64,000 nucleotides of DNA, taken from the NCBI GenBank assembly GCA_963791045.1, contig CAWBQK010000015.1, positions 160,001 to 224,000 on the forward strand, given 5' to 3'. The number at the start of each line of letters is the position of its first letter. The first letter of the stretch is position 1. Both the position numbers and the translations under genes were made by a program. This document shows positions 10,798-20,643 of the stretch, one piece after another. The notes under the pieces were generated by a model. It worked only from the letters and a program-made list of their open reading frames with translations, did no database searches and was not told where the DNA came from. This stretch comes from Candidatus Latescibacterota bacterium. GTDB lineage: Bacteria > Krumholzibacteriota > Krumholzibacteriia > WVZY01.

Positions 10798-12113
10798 TGA
10801 CCCGGCCCGGTTGAAGTCGAATCGGCGGCGGCCGAGAAATCGAGCTTCTCGAGAAGCTTCTGCCATTCGGCCTCGGCATCCACAACGGATATTCCGTACA
10901 CCTTTTCAAATGCCGTCGCAAACTCTTGCGGACTGTTCGCCGCGTTGCCCTCACGGTGAAGGTCGAGAAACTTGCCCGGCCCTCCAATCTCGAGTAAATA
11001 CCCAACAAATGACGCCGCGGACGGCGCCACTATATCAGGATTGATCCGCCTCATGATCCCAGGTGAAAGCATCGACTGAAGACTCGGCAGATTTCCATCC
11101 TTAAGAATGTTCTGAGCCACCTGGAGCACGGGGGCGCCATTGTAATTTCCAATAAGGTAGAACGCCGTTCCCTCGGTCAAGGGAAGCGGGAGTATTCCGT
11201 AAGGCTTGGTAACAATATGGATAATTTCATGATCGTCGACGGGATATATCGAGTGAACCTCGCGTTCATCCCAGTATGATTTCTTGGGCGACCGGGATCC
11301 AATCGTCTGGAAAAGAGTCACGCTGTCAGGATAGAAAAATGTCGAAATGTGCGGCCTGTCCACTTCGGCAATATTGAGCCGCTGACAATAATAATCAAAG
11401 AGTTCCTGCTGAAATTCCTTGGAACCCTCCGGATAGTCCGAACCGGAGAACCAATGAAAGGTGAAGTTCTTTGACTCGCTTGTATTCCAAGCAATGCCCG
11501 TCGGAATTTCGACTGAAATATTGTCGAACCAGACCTTACCCTCCATACCCAGCGCACAATGGAATTCCACATAAGCGGTGTTGTCGGGAAGACGGTATAT
11601 ACGATCTTCGGAAATCCAACCATCCGACGTATCCATCCGAGGCTCCGTCCTCAGATCATAGAACCGTCCCGACTGGAACCGGTTCCCCTCTGCGTCGTAA
11701 AACGTGAGGGCGTAGTTCGACTGTTGAAACTGCCCGTAGTTTCGTTTGACTTCGAGCGTTTTGATGTCGCCGCGTACGCGAATCCGCTGGACATCTTTGA
11801 CCTCAATCCCCTGCGTGAGAACAAAAAACCGGCGAGTTTCCTGATCGGCCATAAAGAAGAATGAATTCTTGCCGTCGGTCGCGCGCTCTCCATCGATCCC
11901 CCACTCCGCCGGGATTTCCGTATCGAGCCCTTTGAACGATTTCACTTCCCAACCCACCGGCAAACCATCGACGACCTCTTCGAACGACGAATTCTTCAAC
12001 AGGTTGGTGTCGAGCGGTGTGGTCTTTTCGCCACAACCAACGGTCCCGAGGGCGGCGGCAAAAAGGCCGACGAGAATAAGTCCGATAAACAAACCAGATT
12101 GCTTTTTATACAT
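10794..12113 (-). CDS. Putative lipoprotein with a carbohydrate-binding-like domain and a gluzincin-like (HExxH) domain
   Basis: Lipobox-like TVGC; NLLKNSSFEE...GW...VWFDNISV (CBM4/9-like); HEIIH followed by LTEGTA. Confidence 0.6.
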   Translation of the reverse strand: MYKKQSGLFIGLILVGLFAAALGTVGCGEKTTPLDTNLLKNSSFEEVVDGLPVGWEVKSFKGLDTEIPAEWGIDGERATDGKNSFFFMADQETRRFFVLTQGIEVKDVQRIRVRGDIKTLEVKRNYGQFQQSNYALTFYDAEGNRFQSGRFYDLRTEPRMDTSDGWISEDRIYRLPDNTAYVEFHCALGMEGKVWFDNISVEIPTGIAWNTSESKNFTFHWFSGSDYPEGSKEFQQELFDYYCQRLNIAEVDRPHISTFFYPDSVTLFQTIGSRSPKKSYWDEREVHSIYPVDDHEIIHIVTKPYGILPLPLTEGTAFYLIGNYNGAPVLQVAQNILKDGNLPSLQSMLSPGIMRRINPDIVAPSAASFVGYLLEIGGPGKFLDLHREGNAANSPQEFATAFEKVYGISVVDAEAEWQKLLEKLDFSAAADSTSTGPGQ

Positions 12114-12164
12114 CTCCGTCACTCTCCCAGTAACCAACTTAAAATAAATGAGTTCGAATCCACC

Positions 12165-12193
12165 ACTATACCACTGCGGGGCCGTTCAGGCAA
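12165..12193 (-). promoter_or_regulatory. Sigma-70 promoter
   Basis: TTGCCT-N17-TATAGT with a TG extension, about 50 bp upstream of the 12113 start. Confidence 0.6.
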
Positions 12194-12248
12194 TCGCAAA
12201 CCCTCCCACTCCGCCACGCACGTGGTGTCGTGCGGCGCATGGCTTGGA

Positions 12249-13523
12249 TCAACTGATCTCGGAAGGCGTATCTTCTCCCTGGAGTTTTGAAATCACCGCG
12301 CACCCCACAGTGTCTCCCCAAACATTGACCGTCGTCCGGCACATATCGAGTATCCGGTCGACGGCAAGAATCATCCCGATCCCTTCGAGCGGGAGTCCCA
12401 CCGCTTTCAATACAATCGCCATCGTAACGAGTCCCGCGCTCGGTATCCCCGCCGCGCCGATCGCGGCAAGCGTGGCGGTAAAAAAGACCATCATTTGTTG
12501 GGGAAACGAAAGATCGATCCCGTAAACCTGGGCGATAAACACAGCGGCTACCGATTCGTACAGCGCGGTGCCGTCCATGTTTATTGTTGCTCCAAGGGGC
12601 AAGACAAAACTCGCGACGCGCGGTTGAACCCCGGCACGCTGTTCGACACAGTCGATGGTAATGGGGAGCGTCGCCGAACTGCTAGACGTGGAGAAAGCAG
12701 TGGTCAGCGCCGGAGATACCTTTGCAAAGTATTTCTTGGGATTTACGCGCCCGATCATCTTGAGAATAACGGGGAGCGTAATAAACGCGTGGATCGCCAG
12801 GCCGAGAAGCACCGTCACCATGTACTTCCCGAGATTCGCGAAGATCGAAAAACCCGTATCGGCCACGACTTTCGCTATGAGCGCAAACACGCCTATCGGC
12901 GTGAGAAGGATGACAACGTCCGCCATTTTCATCATCGCCTCGTTGAGGCTGTCAAAGAAATCAACGAGGGGCTTCCCCCTGGTCCCCATCGTCGTCAAAA
13001 TCGCTCCGAGGAACAACGCGAAAACGATGATGGGGAGAATGTTCATATTGGCCATCGCCTCGAACGGGTTCGCGGGGACCATATTGATGATTACGTCCCA
13101 CACGCCGATATTCGCGCGCGCCGCCTCTGGAACTTCGCCCATAAGCATCGGCGACCCGGCGCCCGGCTTGATCATGTTCACGGCGAAAAGCCCCACCGCG
13201 ACCGATGCGAACGTCGTCAGCAGGTAAAAAACGAAGGTGCGTCCACCCAACCCGCCCAGTTTGCGTATATCGCCGACCTTGGCAACACCAACAATCATCG
13301 ACGCGAGAATAAGCGGAACGATGAGCATCTTGAGGAGCTTGATGAAAAGCGTCCCCGTGGGACCGATCAGCGGGCTGAACACAAATACGACCGCGGTGCG
13401 AACAAAAGAGAATTTGCCAATAAACGCGCCAAAGGAGCCGCCGATGACAAACGTATCGTTAATCAAAAGACCGACAAGGATGCCGGCTACCATTCCAATA
13501 AGAATTTTCCAGTGGAGTTTCAA
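12249..13523 (-). CDS. Dicarboxylate/amino acid:cation symporter (DAACS, GltP-like)
   Basis: AFSTSSSSATLP, PLGATINMDGTALY and DRILDMCRTTVNVWGD motifs. Confidence 0.95.
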   Translation of the reverse strand: MKLHWKILIGMVAGILVGLLINDTFVIGGSFGAFIGKFSFVRTAVVFVFSPLIGPTGTLFIKLLKMLIVPLILASMIVGVAKVGDIRKLGGLGGRTFVFYLLTTFASVAVGLFAVNMIKPGAGSPMLMGEVPEAARANIGVWDVIINMVPANPFEAMANMNILPIIVFALFLGAILTTMGTRGKPLVDFFDSLNEAMMKMADVVILLTPIGVFALIAKVVADTGFSIFANLGKYMVTVLLGLAIHAFITLPVILKMIGRVNPKKYFAKVSPALTTAFSTSSSSATLPITIDCVEQRAGVQPRVASFVLPLGATINMDGTALYESVAAVFIAQVYGIDLSFPQQMMVFFTATLAAIGAAGIPSAGLVTMAIVLKAVGLPLEGIGMILAVDRILDMCRTTVNVWGDTVGCAVISKLQGEDTPSEIS

Positions 13524-13590
13524 GTTGCCGCTTTCGGTACGGAAAGGTCAACAGCGCGCCCACGCGCAGCGCCCACAACACGCAAACACA

Positions 13591-14406
13591 CTACTTCGTT
13601 GAACCGTCGTCGCCGTCCTGTTCGTCCAGGCGGACAAGGAGGTATTCCAGGTCATGATGATTGGAATTGATCCTGGTGATGATACCGTTCGAGTCGACAA
13701 AGAGATCAACCCCGGGGTACCGCCCCGTGTGATAGCGATACCACGACACCTTCTCTTCCTTTTGTTTCTCCGCTCCGGCCCAGTCCGGGGAAACAAACGT
13801 GGAGTCGCCCGCGGTTTCCAACGAGACCTCGGTCGTCGCGCCTCCAAGAGGGTCGAAAGCGCGAAAAGCCTGCTTGCCCCCGCCGTTAGGATTGAATCGC
13901 GCGAGAACGCCGGAGAGCTGATTGGCGATATTGCCCTCAACAAAGAGACACCCCGTCGGAAGCGCAACCACCGTTCTTTTCCCGCGCTCATCCTGGCTCT
14001 CGTCAATGACCGCCACATTGGCGAACAAATCAATTGTAACTTCGATAGTATGTTCTTCGCCTGGGAATGCGCTTCGCCGGTAGCTGTAATATTTCCGCGG
14101 GAAACCCGAATCCTCTTCGTACTCAAGCCGGTTGTTTCCCGAGATCATCACGCTGTCCCTTTCGAGCACTTCGTAAACCGTCTCGACGACGACAACGTTG
14201 TTGGTATATGTGGTGCGGATAAAATCTTCAACCCCGGCGATTTCGCCCCCGCGCCTCACCTCGTATTGGCCCTTTACCAGGCTTTTTACGGTTGGCTCCG
14301 GAAGTTCAATTTTGCCGGCCACCGCGTGTCCCGCGCGTCCCGCGACAAGACCCAGGGCCAGACCCGCGATAAGAATCGGCAATACCAACCCGGCAGTTCT
14401 ACGCAT
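13591..14406 (-). CDS. Hypothetical exported protein
   Basis: Signal peptide and a beta-rich body; overlaps the end of the upstream gene. Confidence 0.7.
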   Translation of the reverse strand: MRRTAGLVLPILIAGLALGLVAGRAGHAVAGKIELPEPTVKSLVKGQYEVRRGGEIAGVEDFIRTTYTNNVVVVETVYEVLERDSVMISGNNRLEYEEDSGFPRKYYSYRRSAFPGEEHTIEVTIDLFANVAVIDESQDERGKRTVVALPTGCLFVEGNIANQLSGVLARFNPNGGGKQAFRAFDPLGGATTEVSLETAGDSTFVSPDWAGAEKQKEEKVSWYRYHTGRYPGVDLFVDSNGIITRINSNHHDLEYLLVRLDEQDGDDGSTK

Positions 14407-15607
14407 TCCTTATATCCTCTGAAATCTGCTCGAGAAATTCAGCCGCCGAAACGCCCGCCGGCAACCGCACCGTCGCAAAACCACCCTTGCCGCCTCCACT
14501 CCCACCAAGCCCCTTGGCCTTCTCGACGACGGCGGACGCGAGATCGATGTCGATATCTTTCGATGCATTGCAGATGACAAGCCCCTCTTTGGTGCCGAGG
14601 AGACTTATTGTATTTTTGTACGATTTAAGATTCGATGAAAGTAGCCGCAGGTACTCTTCGCCGGCGTCGGACAAGAGTTCAACGACATAGACACGATCCT
14701 CCGCAGGGTCTGCCGCCGCGTGGAACCGCGCCGCCTCCAGTTCGGCGAGTTTTTTTGCCGTTCTTTGCGAGTCCTTCCGCAACCGTTGGTGCTCGGCGTT
14801 AAGTTTTTCGATCTTGTCTTCCACGCTGTCAACCGAAGTAGTAAACCGGTTAGCGATTTGCTTTATAATTTCATGCTTCTTTATGAAATCAGCCAACGCG
14901 CGTTTGCCCACCACAAAGGACACGCGGTTCGCGCCCTTTGCTTTCTCCAATTTGAGTATCTTGATAAGACCCAGTTCGCCTGTGCGCTTCACGTGCGTGC
15001 CGCAGCACCCACACGTGTCGAAATCGGCCACTTCCACAAGCCGGACCTCGTCCACGCCGTCGGGGAGCGCCTTGCGCAGCGACCCGTCCGCCATATCATC
15101 GGGCGAGCACAGAATGACGCGGACGTCACGGTTTTCCAACACGATGTCGTTCGACAGCGCTTCCGCCTTCGCAGCGATCTTGTCGCTGACGCCGCCGCCT
15201 TCAAGATCGATCGTGCAGCCATCCTCGCCCAGGTGAAAAGACACCGTGTCGAGTCCGGCAACTTCGATAAACGCACGGGAAAGAATGTGTTGTCCGGTGT
15301 GTTGCTGCATGTGGTCGAAGCGTCTGTCCCAATCCACTCGACACTCCACGGGCCCCGGTGTGACCTGGCCTTCGACCTGGTGATAAACGTTGCCCGCATC
15401 GTCTTCCCACACGTCGACCACGCGAACGTCACCGATAGTCCCCCGATCGGAGGGCTGCCCTCCGGAATCCGGATAGAAATGGGTCTTGTCGAGCACGGCG
15501 ATCCGCCGGCCCGTATCGTCGGTTTCGCAGGACAAAAGAGAAGCCTGGAAGGATGCGGTGTACGGGTTGGTGAGGTAGAGTTTTTCGGTCGGAGTGTTCT
15601 TGTCCAT
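14399..15607 (-). CDS. AlaX-family tRNA editing protein with DHHA1 domain
   Basis: FYPDSGGQPSD, HMQQHTGQHILS, CCGTHV and C-terminal GGSGGG. Confidence 0.92.
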   Translation of the reverse strand: MDKNTPTEKLYLTNPYTASFQASLLSCETDDTGRRIAVLDKTHFYPDSGGQPSDRGTIGDVRVVDVWEDDAGNVYHQVEGQVTPGPVECRVDWDRRFDHMQQHTGQHILSRAFIEVAGLDTVSFHLGEDGCTIDLEGGGVSDKIAAKAEALSNDIVLENRDVRVILCSPDDMADGSLRKALPDGVDEVRLVEVADFDTCGCCGTHVKRTGELGLIKILKLEKAKGANRVSFVVGKRALADFIKKHEIIKQIANRFTTSVDSVEDKIEKLNAEHQRLRKDSQRTAKKLAELEAARFHAAADPAEDRVYVVELLSDAGEEYLRLLSSNLKSYKNTISLLGTKEGLVICNASKDIDIDLASAVVEKAKGLGGSGGGKGGFATVRLPAGVSAAEFLEQISEDIRNA

Positions 15608-15972
15608 TATGTTGCGAACGATCTTCGGACAACCTGGTTGTTCTCGTCCAGCAGAACGATTTTCGGAGAGAAAGTGTTGACCTCGGCCTCGGGAATCGAC
15701 GCAAACGCGAAAATGATAATCCGGTCGCCGACCTGGCCGAGCCGTGCCGTGGCGCCGTTGAGCTGGATGTCGCCCGAGCCGCGAATACCTTTGATTACAT
15801 AGGTTTCAAACCGGTTACCATTGTTTCCGTTGGCGACAAGCACCTTTTCGAACTCGTGGAGCCCGACCTCTTCCATCAGCTCCTCGTCCACAACGATGCT
15901 GCCCTCATAACGGGTGTCCGTACCGGTCACCGCGGCGTTATGTAGCTTTGATTTGAGCATTGTGACGTACAT
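15607..15972 (-). CDS. panD: Aspartate 1-decarboxylase
   Basis: MLKSKLH, the YEGSI self-cleavage site, NGNRFETY and LNGATAR. Confidence 0.97.
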   Translation of the reverse strand: MYVTMLKSKLHNAAVTGTDTRYEGSIVVDEELMEEVGLHEFEKVLVANGNNGNRFETYVIKGIRGSGDIQLNGATARLGQVGDRIIIFAFASIPEAEVNTFSPKIVLLDENNQVVRRSFAT

Positions 15973-16047
15973 AATTTTGATACCCCGTTTCTGGCATCAT
16001 AATATAACCGTTCCGTCCGAAACACAAGTGGAACTTGAGGTTGACCG

Positions 16048-17607
16048 TCAAACCCGCCCCCCCCGGCTCCGAAGCCCCCAGAGGATCCAGCCAAAAACCA
16101 TCAGAATCGAGGCGAGCAGAAGAGGCACGTCGCCATATCGAGTGTAAAGTGTTGTCTCGTCGAGGGTGTAGATTTCATCAATGAGGATTCCCTCCCGGTT
16201 CATCCCGAAGTCGGCGACGACGTGTCCGGTGGGGCCGACAATCATCGTCACCCCGGTGTTTGCGGACCGGACGAGGAACCGGCGATTCTCGATCGATCGA
16301 AGGATCGCCATGTCGTTGTGCTGGTGCGGTCCCGGTGTACCGCCGAACCAACCGTCATTCGTTATGTTGATAAAAACTTCGGCGCCTCTCCGCGCCGCCT
16401 TTCGCGCAGGCCCGGGAAAGATCGATTCAAAACAAATCAGCGGCGCCAGATTTCCGATCTTTGACGGGATCGGTTTGCGTTCCGGCCCCGGCTGAAAATT
16501 GGCCTGGCCAAAATCGATTTTCTTGAGCCACCTGAATTTCCACGAAAAAGGGAATGTCTCCCCGACCGGAAGCAGGTGCTGCTTGTCGTACAGGGCGAGC
16601 GTCCCTCCCGGATACAAAAGCCCCGACGAGTTGTAAACGTTGAGATCCCCTTCGGGCCCGTCGTAGCGGCCGTCAAGAAAACCGATATACAACTCGACCC
16701 CCAGTTCCGCGACAAGATTCTGAAGCATGGGGCGATAGGTACGGTTGTGGCGAAGATATACCGGGGCGCACGTCTCGGGGAAAATTATCAAATCCGGGTC
16801 GAAACCCGCCGCACTGCGGCTCAGCCTGTCAATAAGTCTGAACGTGGAATCGGTGAACTCAGGCTTCCATTTCAATGCAAGATCCACGTTGGGTTGAACT
16901 ATCGCGATTCTGCTTTTAGTATCGGGAACGCTCGAATCCAAACGGGCGATCGTTCGCCGGCCGAGCGACACGTTGATCGCCACAAGGATAAGACCTGCGG
17001 CGACAAACGCCGTCTTGCGGTTAACACTTTTCGTGAGGAATGCTCTGCCCCACAGCATGTTGACGAAGACAATCCACGCGCCGACACCGAGAACACCGTA
17101 GATCGCCGCGCCCTGCGCCATCGAGGGAAACCTCGCGAATGCATGTCCGATACCCGCCCACGGAAAACCGAGCTCTCCGTTCGAACGAAACCACTCGATA
17201 AGCACCCAAAGGGCCGGCGCCAAAAGCGGAATCGAAAGCTTGTGCCCCCTGCCTATCAAGCGCAGCAGCCAGAAAAACAGCCCCGGGTAGACGGCAAGAT
17301 ACAACACGATCCCCGCGACGGCGGGCCCCATCAGCCACGGAATCCTGATACTCGACGCATCGGATAACTCGACGATCCACCAGAGATGTGCGAGGAAAAA
17401 CGAACACCCGAATATATAACCCGTCTTAAAAAAAAGACGCGGACCGCGGGGAACGCGATACAAAGCAAAGATCATTGGCGAGAGGGCAACGAGGGCGATG
17501 GGACCGTATGAAAATGGCGGAAACGCCAGGGCGAGCAACGCGCCCGAGCCCACGGCGGGGAGCAGGAGTGAAAGCGGAGGGAACCATTTCAAGGGCGAGC
17601 GTCTCAT
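16048..17607 (-). CDS. lnt: Apolipoprotein N-acyltransferase
   Basis: LAFPP, GFPW, QPN, FPET, YDKQHLLPVGE, ICFESIF, NITNDGWF and RSANTG. Confidence 0.95.
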   Translation of the reverse strand: MRRSPLKWFPPLSLLLPAVGSGALLALAFPPFSYGPIALVALSPMIFALYRVPRGPRLFFKTGYIFGCSFFLAHLWWIVELSDASSIRIPWLMGPAVAGIVLYLAVYPGLFFWLLRLIGRGHKLSIPLLAPALWVLIEWFRSNGELGFPWAGIGHAFARFPSMAQGAAIYGVLGVGAWIVFVNMLWGRAFLTKSVNRKTAFVAAGLILVAINVSLGRRTIARLDSSVPDTKSRIAIVQPNVDLALKWKPEFTDSTFRLIDRLSRSAAGFDPDLIIFPETCAPVYLRHNRTYRPMLQNLVAELGVELYIGFLDGRYDGPEGDLNVYNSSGLLYPGGTLALYDKQHLLPVGETFPFSWKFRWLKKIDFGQANFQPGPERKPIPSKIGNLAPLICFESIFPGPARKAARRGAEVFINITNDGWFGGTPGPHQHNDMAILRSIENRRFLVRSANTGVTMIVGPTGHVVADFGMNREGILIDEIYTLDETTLYTRYGDVPLLLASILMVFGWILWGLRSRGGRV

Positions 17608-18623
17608 TTATTAAACGTTACCTCTTTGCCCGCCGCGGCTGAATCGTACATAGCGTCGAGAATGCGAAGAACGGACAGCGCTTCCTCTCCCGTCGCCAGC
17701 GGTTTCTTTTTGCGCTGGATGCACTCGACAAAATGATTGATTTCGGCTTCGTAGCTTTGCTTGTAATAGTTGCTCTGGTCGTCGAGCGTCGGCGTCACGT
17801 TAACGAGATGACCGTGCATCGCCTTGTGAATCTTGAGTGGGTGGAGATTCGCCCCGCCGCGGCTTCCATAAAGTTCGAGGTATGATTGATCCTTGGGCTC
17901 GAGAAGATTCCACATCACTTCGAGAGTCAGGCAGCTTCCACCGGCAAAATTAACCAGCGCGCAGGCCGAATCCTCGACTCCGGCTTTGCCTTTCTTGCCA
18001 AACACATTGCAGGTCACCCGCATCGGTTTCTTGAGACCCGCAATCCAGATTGCGAGATCCATAATCGGCACCCCGAGGTCGAGGAGGGCGCCGCCACCCG
18101 ATTTCTTCGGATCGGTAACCCAGTCGCGATCGTGCCAGTCTCGTGCGATCCGCTGCCAGCCGATCCTTACCATCTGGATATCGCCGAGTTCGCCCCTTTT
18201 TACAAACGTCTTGAGGATCTCGACATCCTTGCGAAACCGGTTGTTCATCGCCACCATGAGCGTGCGACCCGACTTCTTCGCCATCTCCACCATCTTGGCG
18301 GCTTCGGTCGCGTTGCGGGCGAGCGGTTTTTCGCAAAGTACGTGGTGACCCGATCTCAACGCGGCAATCGCCATCGGCGCATGAAGATAGTTCGGTGTGC
18401 AAATATCCACTCCATCCACATCTTCCTTCGCAAGCATCTTCGTAAAATCTTCGTACGTCCGAGCGATGCCATAGTGCTCCTGGAGAGAGGCGCACTTGAC
18501 GGGGTCCTCGTCCACCAGCGCCACGATCTCGACGTCCGGGTGTTTGTGGTAGGCGGGAAGATGCGCGATCTGCGCAACATTGCCGGCGCCGACCAGGGCG
18601 ATTTTTACTTTTTTGTCGGGCAT
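17604..18623 (-). CDS. Gfo/Idh/MocA family oxidoreductase
   Basis: ALVGAGNVA, HVLCEKP and GGGALLDLG. Confidence 0.92.
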   Translation of the reverse strand: MPDKKVKIALVGAGNVAQIAHLPAYHKHPDVEIVALVDEDPVKCASLQEHYGIARTYEDFTKMLAKEDVDGVDICTPNYLHAPMAIAALRSGHHVLCEKPLARNATEAAKMVEMAKKSGRTLMVAMNNRFRKDVEILKTFVKRGELGDIQMVRIGWQRIARDWHDRDWVTDPKKSGGGALLDLGVPIMDLAIWIAGLKKPMRVTCNVFGKKGKAGVEDSACALVNFAGGSCLTLEVMWNLLEPKDQSYLELYGSRGGANLHPLKIHKAMHGHLVNVTPTLDDQSNYYKQSYEAEINHFVECIQRKKKPLATGEEALSVLRILDAMYDSAAAGKEVTFNK

Positions 18624-18650
18624 GATATTTCACCACTCCTTGCAAAGATT

Positions 18651-18687
18651 CCCGAGAGATTCTATGCGAATCTCCCCGGGTTGTAAA
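18651..18687 (-). promoter_or_regulatory. Sigma-70 promoter overlapped by an imperfect inverted repeat (possible operator)
   Basis: TTTACA-N17-TAGAAT at 18687-18659. CCCGAGAGATTC...GAATCTCCCCGGG spans the -10 element. An AAGGAG SD follows. Confidence 0.6.
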
Positions 18688-18787
18688 CGACCTCCTTTCT
18701 ATCCGTCCGTTCGCTCAGGGCGCACGTCAGGGGAGGTTCGCCCGCCCCCGGGACACCACCGCCCCCCCGCCCCCCGGCGCCTGTCTC

Positions 18788-19804
18788 TCAACCGCCATCA
18801 TCCGCGTCATCGAAATTGGACGATTCGGGCTCGATCCCGTAACGCTTGATCTTTTTCAACAGCCCCTGTCTCGAGAGTCCCAATTCTCTCGCCGATTTCG
18901 ATTTATTCCAGTTGTTCTTCGCCAGCATCTTTCTGACGAGGTTTTCTTCGAGATACCCGACCGCCCGTGGGAGCGGCGACTCGCAGAGAAGACCGACATC
19001 GAACGTTCCGGCGGCACACTTGCGGGCAACCCGGTCGGAAAGCATTTCGGCCATCACCACTGCGGAGCGCGGATACAGGACGGATATCCGTTCGATTTCA
19101 TTATCGAGTTCCCGAATGTTGCCCGGCCACCGGTAACGCGACAAACACTCCACCGCGTCGGGGTCAAGGCGACGCGCGGGAATTCCGCGCAGCGCAAAGA
19201 AATGATCGATGAGCTCGGGGATGTCCGCCATCCGTTCGCGGAGCGACGGCACTCGGATCGAAAGAACGTTGAGGCGATAGAAGAGGTCGAGGCGGAAAGT
19301 CCCGTCGTCGATTCTTTTTTCGATGTCGGCATTTGTCGCCGATACAACACGGACATCGACGTACCGGGTCGTCGCGGTGCCCATTCGCCGCACTTCCCTG
19401 TCCTGGAGAACTCGCAGAAGTTTCGCCTGGATCGATCCAGGAACTTCACCGATCTCGTCGAGAAAGAGCGTTCCGCCATTCGCCTGTTCGAACAAACCGG
19501 CATGCGCGGCGATCGCGCCGGTGAACGCGCCCTTGCCATGGCCGAACAACTCGCTCTCGAGAATACCCGTCGCCAACGCGGCGCAGTTTACGGCGACAAA
19601 CGGGCGGTCGAACCGTTCACTCAAGCCGTGAAGGTTGCGCGCGATAAGTTCTTTGCCCGTGCCGCTCTCGCCCGTTATCAAAATGTTCGACCTGGCGTCG
19701 GCGAATCTCAAAACGGATCCACGAAGACGCGCCGCGGCGTCGGACGAGCCGATAATAGGTGGATCGAATCTTGTGCGTTGGTTTCGCAATGTTGGCAGGT
19801 TCAC
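18788..19804 (-). CDS. Sigma-54-dependent enhancer-binding protein with no N-terminal sensor domain (start uncertain)
   Basis: GESGTGKE, ESELFGH..GAFTGA, LFLDEIGE, FRLDLFYRL, WPGNIREL and a Fis-type HTH. Confidence 0.9.
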   Translation of the reverse strand: MNLPTLRNQRTRFDPPIIGSSDAAARLRGSVLRFADARSNILITGESGTGKELIARNLHGLSERFDRPFVAVNCAALATGILESELFGHGKGAFTGAIAAHAGLFEQANGGTLFLDEIGEVPGSIQAKLLRVLQDREVRRMGTATTRYVDVRVVSATNADIEKRIDDGTFRLDLFYRLNVLSIRVPSLRERMADIPELIDHFFALRGIPARRLDPDAVECLSRYRWPGNIRELDNEIERISVLYPRSAVVMAEMLSDRVARKCAAGTFDVGLLCESPLPRAVGYLEENLVRKMLAKNNWNKSKSARELGLSRQGLLKKIKRYGIEPESSNFDDADDGG

Positions 19805-19820
19805 CGCAAGTTCGATGCCA
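19805..19820 (-). promoter_or_regulatory. Sigma-54 (-24/-12) promoter
   Basis: TGGCAT-CGAAC-TTGCG directly upstream of the sensor-less activator gene. Confidence 0.6.
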
Positions 19821-20012
19821 CCAGGCTGGGACGGAACCCTCCTCGCACTTCGTGTAATGACAACAAGTTACACAACACACTTCAACCGGAGACAACGGGC
19901 CCAATCGGCGTATCGGAGAGGATGCCGCCGCGCCGATGGTGTGACGGCGCGCGTCGGAACACGATAGGAATGTCGGGTTGGAGATGGCGCGTTGTCGAGA
20001 TTTCGACAACGC

Positions 20013-20633
20013 CTATTTGATTTCGAGTGCGCCGCCCGGCGCGACGATGATTCCATATTGTGAAATCATCACGGTGGGTTTTCCGTCATTTTGTTGGTTT
20101 CCGTGATGGGACTCGCCGACCACCCAGACCTTCGCGCCCGAGTAGCTCGAAAAGAGATCTTTGAAATCTCCCTCTATAACGTAGACCTTGCCGTCTTCGC
20201 CGCGGATGACCACCACATCGTTGCCAGAGAGCTCGACGATCCCGATGATCGGGCGTTCCCCCGTCGGGAGACGAAGAAGCTGGTACGATTGGACCGACAA
20301 GGCGGGAGCGTCACCTTTGACCTGAGGGAGAACGGTCGCGTTGACACCGACATTCATGTCTTCCAGCCGTTTGAGTTCCTGGGAGAGCGGAGACGAATCG
20401 ATCATGTAAAACGTGTCGTCTTCGGATTCGAGCAAAAGAAGTTCAAACGGGGTGCTTCCACGGAGCGAGATCTTGCCTTCGACATACACGGACTCCCCCG
20501 GCGTAGATCCGTCACCATTGCGGCTCTTCGCGCCGCCACACCCGCATATGCCGAGCACGGCGAGAGAACACAAGACACATCCGGCAAAAGCCAGCCAGCT
20601 CCGCAGTTGTTTTTGATTCCAAAGGACAGACAC
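20013..20633 (-). CDS. Hypothetical lipoprotein
   Basis: Hydrophobic leader ending in GCGC, then two similar short beta-rich (possibly OB-like) halves. Confidence 0.65.
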   Translation of the reverse strand: MSVLWNQKQLRSWLAFAGCVLCSLAVLGICGCGGAKSRNGDGSTPGESVYVEGKISLRGSTPFELLLLESEDDTFYMIDSSPLSQELKRLEDMNVGVNATVLPQVKGDAPALSVQSYQLLRLPTGERPIIGIVELSGNDVVVIRGEDGKVYVIEGDFKDLFSSYSGAKVWVVGESHHGNQQNDGKPTVMISQYGIIVAPGGALEIK

Positions 20634-20643
20634 GCGCGTACCC

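Noticed and set aside
19617-20009. Frameshifted sensor domain for the sigma-54 activator
   Set aside because: The translation resembles no receiver, GAF or PAS domain, and the DNA carries promoter-like motifs instead.
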